Below are positions 24,505-35,773 of a stretch of DNA of 64,000 bases, one piece after another. A program made the position numbers and the translations under genes. The stretch comes from Vitrella brassicaformis CCMP3155. Taxonomy: Eukaryota; Protista; Chromerida. The notes beneath the pieces were generated by a model. It was given only the letters and a program-made list of their open reading frames with translations. It was not told where the DNA came from and made no database searches. The stretch's first letter is position 1, and each line of letters opens with the position of its first letter. The stretch covers positions 1 through 64,000 of the forward strand of contig CDMY01000281.1 in NCBI GenBank assembly GCA_001179505.1. Reading direction: 5' to 3'.

Positions 24505-25774
24505 CTAGAACTTGTCAATTCCGGGGATGGGCAAGGACTGGAGGATCGTAGAAATGAAGGCCAGGCAGAGGGAGACAATAGCAAGGATTGACGAATAGCC
24601 TAAGGGGCACTCGAACTTGTCCCCGTCCTTGTCGATGCAGTGGGGGCCGGCTTCCTTCTTGCCGGACGTGAGAGACCCCCATATGACCAGACCTGAAGGA
24701 AGGACAAACAACCCGTGCATGAGTCGCTCGTCGTGCTCTTCCGTGTCTCATGCGGACGCACCAAGGAAGAACAGCAGGAGGGAGGCGAGATAACAGGCAA
24801 TGGCAGGTCTGCTCCATCTGAGTAAGGTATGGTACACAAGTGTATACAAATGGCAGACGCCAAGGCAAGCACCACTCCTTCTCACCTTTGGTTCAGCAGC
24901 GAAGTCATGAAGCTGCAGCAAACATACAAGGCAGCCGTGTGTGATGTGAAAGGAGCTCTCAGACAGGCGCATGTTTTGGTGTCACCTGAAGACAATGGCG
25001 CCCGCAAGTGTGGTCAGGCCGAGAGCCCCAGGGATGATCATGCCGAGGCCGGCTGTGATGTGCGTATCCAGCCGGTCACATGTGTCCTGTAACACGCAAG
25101 AAAGAGATCAGTACATCAGTATCGTATCAGTGGGAAGAACAAAGTGCCCCACACCGTTTTGAATCTCACCTTGTTTGAGTCTTTGCAGTCGGTGTCGTCC
25201 TCAATCGACTCCCTGGCCTCCTGACCAAAATGCAGCCATCAAGGACGACTTTCAAATTTCGACCCCAAACATGAGACAGGCTACCTGGAACTCGGCACGG
25301 CACACACACAGGTCCTTGGCCTCAGGCAGGTCCCGCTTCTTGCAGCTGAAGTAGTCGGCAGGCTCGCTGCAGTCGGTCTGCAGACTGGTCTGGAGGACCC
25401 ACTTGAAGTGAGTCAGGCCTGACACACACTCACACCGAGAAGTCGGCCTGTCAGACACGCTCCCCATCCCACTTGCCCACTTCCCCCATGTGCTTCGAGC
25501 TGTCATCACCGTAGGCCTCCAGTCGATACGCAGTGACCCCTCCCACTTCATTGTCAAAGTAATTGTAGCGCCAGTTGTCCGTCGCCATGCCTGCAAGCAG
25601 CATCGTCCATCCCAGTCGGCGTGAAGCCAAGAAGAGGTTTGAACCGCACGGCCCCCCGTCATATCGCAGCCCACCTGTGATCATGAGGACCAGTGCGACG
25701 AGCCCCAGGACACCGGCCGTCATCGCATGCCAGGAAAACATCGCGGCGGCGGCGCGAATCGCCGCAAAGCTCAT
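24505..25774 (-). CDS. Four-TM claudin/PMP22-like membrane protein with Cys-rich loops
   Basis: TM1 GVLGLVALVLMITG followed by MATDNW, Cys-rich loop, TM2 LGMIIPGALGLTTLAGAIVF, TM3 IACYLASLLLFFLGLVIWG, TM4 GYSSILAIVSLCLAFISTIL. Confidence 0.65.
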
Positions 25775-26590
25775 TTGCAGATCACTTTACGAAATCGTGC
25801 GGGCGATCTGCTGCGGGATGATGGATGAGGCTTCAGGGTAGCACTCTTGTGAGTTTCTTCATGCAGACACGGAGACAACCACGATGCACTACATTGGACA
25901 TGTGCTGGGTGAATTACGGCACGCCAGTCCACCCCCCGCTGCCCCCACGCATCAAATGGGCACCGTCGGTACGCAGCCACACAGATCAACTGGCTCACAG
26001 GTAGGCAAGCAGGCAGGCAAGCGGGGAGACAAGCAGACAGGGAGGCAGGCGAATCGACCCACATAAACTCCATCGTAAATCATGCACAGCACGAAAGAAC
26101 CGAAATAATTCCAAAGCCGTCCGTCCCCTCCCTCTCATGTACAAAAATGTATACACAGCTTGTGATCGGCGTCGCAACATGTGCACACGACCGACCGACC
26201 GACCGACCGGCCGATGGATGGATGGACGAGACGAGTCAGGTACCGCTGCCAAGGTGCATCCAAATGCCAGACACGCAACACGACGTATACAGAAAGGCGG
26301 GACGGGAAAGCCCCGACACGTACGTTATCGAATTACCTATCTATCAGCGTGCACGATGGGTGGATGAGTGGATGGATGGATGGATGCTGTGAAAGAAAAG
26401 CGACAGCCTCGCTGTTCGCAACTGCGATTCGCCTACTGCCAGACGGCTTACAAAACTCCACATCCGTACGCACATCGCCCTGTCTTAGTCCCCTTGACCG
26501 ACACCCCACAACACAACACAGGACACATCACAAGCGCGAAAGCCCCTGCTGGCTGCCGTTCTCTCTTTGTCTGTCTCTGTGTCTTTCTGT

Positions 26591-28487
26591 CTACGGGAAT
26601 GCGTGTTGCCACGTCCTGCCTCTACTGCCCAGCGACCTCAGACCTCTCTTTCGCCTCTCTGAGAAAGACGGACCGGCCGCTCGCTTCATCTCCGCCCGCA
26701 CACTAACCCCCACATCACCATCACCCGACAGCCGGCGCTGGTACCGGTCGCACGAGAGATGCAAAAACACATCTCCGTCGAGATCTATGTAGGAGAACGG
26801 TCGCAGCAGGGCGTAAGATCCGCAGTTGTTGACCTCAGGTGTCGTCGGATGGGCGTGGCCCCACCACCTGAGCATGCCGGCTGGGCGTTTCCCCACCGTC
26901 GATGCGGCGTAGAAGATGAGAGGGAATCGCGTCAGCGCATTCTGATCTGCAAAGTCCTCCCCCCACATGAATCCGGTCGGGCCGAAGATACCATGAGATC
27001 CGGCGGCTTCGCTCTGCGAGCCGACAGTGTGGGCGAACCCCTCCTCGGTGAAGTTGCCATGGACCACTGAACGAGAGAGACAACGCAACGCGCCCACAGA
27101 CACGTGAACGAACAAGACAAAACGGCTGTGGCTCCGTGTGCGCGTGTGTTGTCATCATCGTACCTTGCTCGTCGCCGGTGCCCGACCGGATGTCGCACAC
27201 GTCCCGCCAGGTGCCGGCAGTGTCCAGGTAGCGGACTATCATCTCGACGGCATAGCGGCAGTGGTTGTGGATGTACACATGCACCGGACTCTGTAACATA
27301 CACACAAACACCATACAAACAACACAACACACCGGTGGGGGCTGGGCTGCCACACAGGAAGCCGCGTTTCGCCCATCCACTGACTGACCTCTAGCAGATC
27401 CGGGGGAGTGCCAGGGCTGAAAACGAGGACCTCAGGCGCACTCGCATTCCCCCCAGCACCAGCAGGCAGCTCGGCAGTGAGATCGTCAGCTGACATGGAC
27501 CCACTCGTCGCCTGTGTGGTGCCAAGAGGGATCTCACTGGTGTTGTTGGCCGGTGTCTGGTTGGCAGATGACGGCAGCTCTGCGATGATGTCGTCAGCAG
27601 TGATGGTGCCGTTGGCCTCCTCAGGTGAAGAGAAGAAGCTTGTTGTGTTGCCGACAGGGTCCGCTAGCAGGACATCGGACACGTTGACAGGCGGCGAGGA
27701 GGTGGGGGAAGACTGACAGACAGACAGATAGACAGACCCACAGACGCACGGTAGCAGTTGCCTGCCATCCTCTCTCTTTCTCTCTCTCTCTCTCTCACCT
27801 CGTTGGCTGCCCGGACAGTCCAACCGACAAAGGGCTGGTAGATAGTGGGCGTCTCCGTACGTAGCACACCACAGTTGTTGCAGTCACACACCTCCTCGCA
27901 ACCTTCACATGGCTTGCAGCACATGCAGACCTCCTCCCATGTCGAATACGCGTTGATAGCCAGCTGTCCCTCCACATAGGCCGCTCCTGCCGTCATGCCC
28001 CACACCTGCCCCGTTTGGTTGTGCATGTTCTTGAGAAACGCCTCCCCCCGCGACCGCCACGTGTCTATCGTCGTCGAGTTGCCGCCCAGGCCCTTATCAA
28101 CGATCTGCTTCTCGATCTGCTCTCGAAGCCACTCCATTGTCAAGGTCTCGCAGGAGTCACAGAAGAACGTCTCTTGCACCTGCTTGTACAGGTCGTCCAC
28201 CTCGACGACGTTGCTGCCCCACACCACCTGCAAACCGAAGATGGACAAGAAAGGCAATCACGAACGTGATCTGCGTCACGTGCGTGCATTTTACATGATT
28301 CCAGTGATTTTCGACAAGCGCCACCAGAAGATCCCTGCACAAAAGAGGACCAACGTGTGCCGTGCAGCTGATTCGACGTCCTTCCTCGCCCGCATCACCT
28401 GTTTGAGGCAGAAACCTGCGCACAAGAGGGCGGCGCCAACAGGCACCAGATCAGGGCAAGGATCAGGGCAGTACGAGCGTACCTCAT
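26591..28487 (-). CDS. Secreted Cys-rich protein of unknown function
   Basis: Signal peptide MRYARTALILALIWCLLAPPSCAQ, exon with CMCCKPCEGCEEVCDCNNC, Ser/Thr/Asn-rich spacer, beta-rich C-domain VYIHNHCRYAVEMIVRYLD. Confidence 0.7.
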
Positions 28488-29274
28488 CCTCTTTTCTCTC
28501 TGTGTCTGTGTTAAATGTTTTTCTTTGCCGTGAAACGCATGGGATGAATGTCTCTCTCTGGCTTCGTCCTGTCTTTGTTTTCCGATGTCTTGCTGAATCA
28601 ACAGAAATGTTGCGTAATCCCTGCCCTGCCATGTGTCGATATGTCTCTTGTTTCGCTACGTATTCGTGACAATGTCATGAGTTGTCAGTCTTAACTCTGC
28701 TCTACGTGTTGTTTGTCTGCAACAGCAAGAAGGAAGGGCACAGATGGACAGACATGTAGAGAGGACCGATTATTATCGTTGATACGAGCACAGCTGCCTG
28801 CTGGACTATATGATGTGTCTCTGCATCCGGTGCAAGGATTGCTGCATGATATCTTATCCCACCTGACAGACACAGCCCCGCTGACATCCACCCTACCCCA
28901 CAGCGTCACGGACAACCTCACACTACACTACTTCAAACTGCCTCACAACACATAGTAACATGTAGAAAAATGGCCATACGGAAAAAGAGGTCGCACCACG
29001 TTCAGGAAGTGAGTGACGAGGAAACGGGATCATGCAGCAGTGGCGTGGCACACAATGGTTAGACTGCAATTACGCGTGTTCTCCGAGATGCTCCTCCGAG
29101 ATGCCAGTGTCGGGCGGAAGGCTGACTTCGTGCTCCGGCACCATTGGCAACTCATCATCACCACTTCTTGGTGGTTTTGGTTTCGTCGTCGGCACGACGG
29201 GACCTCTGAGCAGGGAAATGGCAGAAGAAAAATGCAAGTCTCTCTGCACGGCGTGCCTCATGGGAGAGCGGGCC

Positions 29275-32200
29275 TTACTTCAGTCGAATATCAGAGAGTG
29301 TCGCATCGCTTGATGGAGCCAACCGCAGGTAGGACAATGTCGGATCGCCACTGCGCCTGCAGACATCAATGCATTGTGTGGGTAGTGACGGCACGCGTAA
29401 CAGCCACGTGTCTCTCTCTTTCTTACATGTCAGAGGCGGTGGTGACGGCCATATCGCCAACAGAAACCCTGCGCTTGTTACTGCCGCCCAGTGCCAGAAT
29501 GGCCTCAGGTATCTTGGGCAAAACGCTTTGCAGCGACACCTGCCGCTTGGAGTTTCTCGACACCTGCGTCTGCAGCTGCCCCGTGCCTGCCGTGCTAAGG
29601 CGGGTGGGCTGGTTGACTGATGTAGTGCGGCTGGGATCTTCTGCCTCCTTGCTGCCGCCTTTGCTGATCTTCTTGCCACCCTTGTCGAAGAGGTCGTTGC
29701 TGCGCTTGCTTTCCGTGTGGTCGAGCGTCTTGGACTGCGATTTGGGGGGGGACTTACTGCCCCCAAGCTGCAGCGCATGCTTGGCGAACGTGCCCCTACG
29801 TAGACAGAGAAATCAGAAAGCTATTGCAAAGGGGTGCTGTGCGCCGAGAGTTGGTGACTGACCTAGACGCGCCAGACACGACGCTGCCACGGTCGAACGC
29901 ACTGCTGCTGTCTCCGTGAAGGCCGCGACGGGAGCCCTGAACATAGAGAGGAGACACGATGATTGGCGCTGACATTGCGAGGGGGCACGTGTTCTCACTT
30001 TGAGTGCTTGCTCTATGCGTTTGAGGCGATCCTGGTAGATGGATAAGGACCGTACACAAGGACACTGACCACGATTCATTATACACGAACACCAGTGTCT
30101 TACGCACGTCGATGGCGATGTCGTCGTCATCTTGCCAGCTCTGTTTCTTGTCGTTCGGCCAAGGCGCATTGGGGTCTGACACTCAGAGATAACCAGGGAT
30201 TGGTTTCCGTCCCACAAAATCGAAACAGAAAAACAGACAGGATTACCTGTCGCCCCATGGAATCGCTGTATGCGATCCTTGACGAGTTTGTCCTCCTTGT
30301 TGGACGGCACCAACACCTGCTTGCCACCAGCCGGTCCGAGATCCGACTCGTCGAACTCGACTGGCTCATCGAAATGCATGTTGTTAAAAATCGCTATGCT
30401 GCATGGACCAGTCAACCCAACACATCAACACGGTGAGTAAGTGGGCTGAAGTGGCTTACAGCTTCTTTCTGGACATGGCGGCTTCCGTCTCCACCACCTA
30501 GCCATCATCTTCATCGGTCAACGTCATCAACATACGCGAGAGACAGTTCGACTTACCACTTTGGCTTTGTCCAATTTGGCGAAGCCATCGATGCGGTGGT
30601 ACACGAAATCGTAGCTTGTTGCCATAAGACCTATACCCCCGTACACACACGCATCGTATTCAGCTGTTCTCTTGAGCATTCACGCCAAGTGGGCCTTTGG
30701 CCGACCGATGAGGAGGTTCATCATCAGGATGAGTGCGAGTGTGACGTAGACGACGAAGAGCAGCTGCACGAACGGATCGTTGTGACCCCCGGCGAAGTCA
30801 GGCCTCCAAAGGCCCAACATCAGACTAAGACAGACAGACAGACAGACACATAGACCACGTGCACACACACTAGAGAGACAGACTCCGCATATTGGTACCT
30901 GTACAGAGTGAGAACCGCCGCAGGTACTGAGCTGAACTCCTGCAAACACATGCACACACCGCTCAAAACGACACATACGGCCACATTCTCTTCTTTGGGT
31001 TACACTGTCGTAGGCGAGGACGATGTGAAAAGCGCAGGCGAAGGCTATCATGATGAGAACCATCACGGCTATGAACTTCAGTATGTCCTCCATCAACTTG
31101 GCAATGGCGTGCAGAAAGGCTGACAGGGTCGGAACTGACACACACGGACGCACACACAGGATAAAGCTTCACAAATTACATCTAAGTGGCACTTACTCGC
31201 CTTGACGAACTCAAGTAAGAGGAGCCACATGAGTACGCCTGCGATGGCGCCCGACATTCGGAACCAGTAGACTTCACTGTCCGGATGGAGAGCGTTTTCA
31301 AGGCCCAAGTCGTCACTCCCTCGCAGCCTGCACGCACACGTGGTCGGTCGGTCGGTCGGTCGGTCGGTCGGGACGTATCCTTTCATCCACCCTGTCTTCC
31401 TGTTTGGGTGTGTCGGCAGAGGCACTGACCACGGGTCATTTGCTATGGTGACGAAGATTACTGCATCAGCCAAAGTACGGCCGGAGTTCCACACATTTCT
31501 GCCGGGATACCAGCACATGCGGGAACAGTAAAATGTGTTGGCTGTGCTTACACCAGCGCTCTCGGGAGACGGATGCCCAGGAAGGGGCGCGCAAACTCGC
31601 CACGCCTGTATCGACCATCCATCCATCGGTCCATCTATCCATTCGTGGTCGCCATTACATCTCTCCCTGTCTCTATCTGTGTGTGTCTGTGTGTGTTCGC
31701 ACCTGATCTGTGCAGCGCATCTGACGACTATCTCAGTGAAGTGCACCGCACACAGCAGATACGATACGGCGCGGAATGCAAAGCCCGGCCTGCAGGCAGA
31801 AGACACGAATGGAGAGCCGTGAAAGCGTGGAATTTGCTAGAAGGAGAGGTGGCCTGTTTCGCTCACGACTCTTGGGTGATGATGGTGAAGCCCAACATGA
31901 AGCATATGAGGTTGAACAGGTTGGTCAGACGCGACGGGCAAACATTCGCCACTTCATTCGCACAGCGTACTGCAGTCACAGGAGTCGCGTAGGCGAAGAC
32001 AGCAAAGGGCGTTGTGTGGCGTCAATCACTTGTCCTCTGTGCTCACGTCGAGCACTGGATGCGTTAATACGTCGCTGTCACTCAGCTCGACCAAAGTGCC
32101 CAGCGGCGAGTTCCACGCGTCCTTGAAAGTTCTGCTGCTCGGATCGCCCCAAAGTTCCTGGAGGTCAGGCGATGATGCAGACAACAAGACATTGATTTTG

Positions 32201-35200
32201 GAAAACCGGCAGCATTCACCTTGACGCAATAGTTGACTCTTCGAGCACCCTTGGTCACATATCTCGACTGCCACATCAGCCCATCCAGCAGCAGCGGCAA
32301 CAGTTCAGGGGCCTCGCTGCGTACATGCAAGAATGCAACAGACAAGAGAGAGTGATTCGAGAGCTGGTCGACAGAAGGCTCAGCTGGCTTACAATGAGAG
32401 GACGCGGAAGATGTTCGGGTGCGTCCGAAAGAGTTCCTCACGGCCTGGAGACATGCGTGCACAGTTGACAACTGTGCCAAGCAGATGGACACTGTTTTGA
32501 GCTGTCTCAACCATAGTAGTATTGTTGACGGTCGGCGCGGATAGCAAGCACATCTCGAAGCATGACTCGTGCCAGAGGCATCTTGCCATCACGAATGGAC
32601 CAGTAAATCTGCACGCAGTGAGTGAAGTAGTAGATCGACCAAGCCATGTGTGTGCTTACCGGCGACAGCACTGCGCCGTCCAGATCGACTTCGCATGACC
32701 AGCTGGCCCGCTCGCCTCTCGGAGCAGCGCTCAAAGCCCGCTGCAGCTCCGAGGGCTCCCCCGTGATGAGTGCCTTTGTCACCAAGTTGGTACCCGACTG
32801 AATGATGGTGTAGAATTTCACCGCCACTTGATGTGTCGAATGGCCAGCTCCCGCAGTTCTTTGGTCAGTCGGAGAGGATTTTCAACCGAGTCGCTCAACA
32901 ATCCCACCTGACAAATACACCACACTAATGCCGTGGTCAGACAAGGACATCAACACGTCCCACCGACCATTTTGCCAAACATCTGCAGGCACGCCCAATG
33001 ACAGACAGAGAGCAGACGAGACATCGCATGACATGGACTAGCGTAGGCTGCCACATGGACTAGCATAGCACCTGTCCCAGAAGGTGTTTGGGCTTGACGA
33101 ACAGGCTCTGCATCGCCGGAGCTGTTTGGAACAAAAAGTCATAGAATATGATGCCCAGCTGCTCCATGTCGACTGCACACAGCAAGGAGGGAACAACAGA
33201 TGCATGCGAGTCGTGGCTTTCAGATGCACTCACGTAGACCACGCGGGCTTCCATATATACATACATACATACTCCTCCGTGTGTGTTAGTGTGTATACAC
33301 CTGCGTCCTGGACGAGCTGCCAGGACTTGTGGATGACCGGGGCATGCTTGTGCACCTGATTGATGATAGTGGCCACCTCGTGGCATATTTGATCCAGCAG
33401 CCACATCCACGCCTCGGCCACGTCGGGCTCCGACTCCCATGTCCCCTCGCCAACCATGTCCCTGAAGAGACGCCGAGCCCCCAAACGAGTGCTCTCATGA
33501 CTTTTTCCCTTCGTGTCTCACTTGATGGTGTTTGTGATGGCCACTCTGATGCCCACGATATGGGTCATATCAAGTTTCAGCTTGAGACACTCCATGGCGA
33601 AGTCTTGACGACGTGTCTGGCAGGGTCAGACAGAGAGGACTCATGCACATGAAGATACCGACCGCTTGAGGCGGGTGCCTTCGGGTGATCGGTAGCTTAC
33701 GAGGCACTTGGATGTGTTGGTGATGTGCATCACAATCTGGGCGAGACGCGGCCCAAGCCGAGGCAAATCTGACTCGGTCTGAAACAGCAAAGCCGAAAAT
33801 GAGACAAACATACTGACTATTGGCGACGTCGCCGCTCACTGTCCGGCTCACCGCGAGTGACCAATCTGTTCTTGCTTTCATGGACTTCATGAGGCTGATA
33901 CGTCTGGCCGACACGCCGGTCACCCCCGTGACGGCCGTGACCTGGCTCTTGGCCTCGGACATGACGGCACTCTTGGCTTCAGAGACGGTGTCGTCAGCGC
34001 CATCGGACCCCTGGCGGGGGGAGGATGGGTCTTGGACGGTGCTCTTCTTCCTCATAATCGATCGTCCACCGCCCGAAGACCTGGCAGTACTGCTTGCGGC
34101 CGCCGAGCAGGTTGATGACTGTCTTTTTGACCTCAGGGTGGAGCTTGATGAGCTCGTTGATGATTTTGGAAGTGATCTCAAGCTGCACGCACTCACACAC
34201 ATCACATCGATGTGGTGCTCCTCCCACGGTATAGATATTCTGGTGATGTATCGGTGCTTCAAACCTCGATCGCTGGGTGCTTGACGTCCTCCCAGGTGTG
34301 TCTGATGGCTCCCACGAGTCTGAGGACAACAATGTGGCCACCAGAGAAGTGTGTGTCGAGAGAAGGACAGTTCATAATTGTCCCATCGACTGTCACCTTT
34401 CCGCGAGCTCCTGGCTCGAAATGAGCATCTCGCCTGAACATAGCAGACACAGACACAGACACACACGTCAAGGCTTCAAAAATGTATGGGCGTGTAGTGT
34501 GTGTGTCACTTACTGGCTTCGTCCCACATGTCGTTCTGACCCGAGGCCAAGAGGCCAAAAAGCACGAAACAAGAAACACTTGCTTGGGAAAACGAAGGGA
34601 GACGAATCTTATTTGGCTTCTTACTTACCCAGCTTGCCTCGGTGGCCGCTGTGAACTCACCATCCTCCAACAGATCTGGTGATCAGCAAAGACACAACGA
34701 GACAGAACAAGATCCCGGCGCGGTCCCCTGTCCCTGAGTGGCTTACTTTCGAGTGTGTCCAGCAGACAGGCCTTAAAAAGAGGGAAATACTCCGGACGGC
34801 TGCCGTAATCCACATGACGGATGCCGAGATCTCGCATCGTCTCCAGCAGGCTCTCCCTATCAGTCTGTGCCTCGACCACAAACAAGACACCAAGATGAAC
34901 GACTGGCCAAAAGACCGGGATGTGAGCGCCCGGGTGCACCTGGAAGAGGCCACAGATGGTAGAAATCATTTCGCCAAACCTGCGCCGTCGACACACACGC
35001 ACTCGTTGTACGTGACCCCAGCTGGCTGTTTTCGTGTGTGGCTGACTTGAGTGCCATGAGTTCCTTGGGCCTCTTGAAGAGGTGCCGCAGATCCGGCGCG
35101 TTCTTGAATACGTTATCGTACAGCTCCTCGCCGATCTCCTGAGTGCACGTGGACAGGCACATGAGGAATGGGCGCGTACGGCGGGCAAGATGCATCGAGG

Positions 35201-35532
35201 CATGCCTGCAGCGTGTATCTCTCCTTCAGGAGACCCCAGGTCTTGTCAATGAGCACTCCCCGCTCCTAGAGAGACGCAAGACAAGAACAGCAGGCGTAAG
35301 ACCGAACACAAGAAGCATATCTCACCTTGTCTGACATCTTTGGGCTCTTAGCAGCGTTATCGATGGAAGCCGAAGACGGCATCCTCTCCCCGTGGCTGTG
35401 GTCGCTCTTGGACCGCGTTGGGCTTCCGTCATCCTCCCATTGATCAGGGCTGGCACCATGGTTTGCCGTTTGATCAAACTGGACAGATCCATGCGCCGCC
35501 AAGAGGGCATGAAAAGGACACTTGCTGTCCAT
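29275..35532 (-). CDS. Globin-coupled TRP-like cation channel (3 globin domains, ankyrin-like segment, multi-TM channel, coiled/low-complexity tail); frameshifted near 32825
   Basis: Globin 1 ELYDNVFKNAPDLRHLF...LGIRHVDYG...YFPLFKACLLDTL. Globin 3 IFYDFLFQTAPAMQSLF...LAIRHIK. Ankyrin-like SPIYWSIRDGKMPLARVML. S5 EDILKFIAVMVLIMIAFACAF, S6 LLFVVYVTLALILMMNLLI. Confidence 0.8.
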
Positions 35533-35583
35533 TATCGCCGCAAACGAGTCACTTCTGAAGGAGGGGAGGGAGGGCAAGCCCCC

Positions 35584-35593
35584 GCGAGCTTGA
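35584..35593 (+). promoter_or_regulatory. GCGAGCTT(G) candidate promoter element
   Basis: Between divergent ATGs at 35532 and 35774. Confidence 0.55.
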
Positions 35594-35773
35594 AAACTGA
35601 AAATCTCGACGATTCCCCTGTCTCCGCCCCCTTTCTTCAGAGGGAGTGAGCTCACTCTCCTGACGTCCCCCACTCCCTCTCTTTCTTCCGGGGCTCTATG
35701 AGTCTCCCTGGACCGGTCTGAGACCGGTCTGAGATGAGCGACGACCACGGTTGCACGGAGTCGGGATCCTGCC

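Noticed and set aside
11739-35532. Functional gas/sulfide cluster linking ETHE1, the carbonyl reductase and the globin channel
   Set aside because: Genes are 8-20 kb apart with unrelated genes between them; no evidence of co-regulation.
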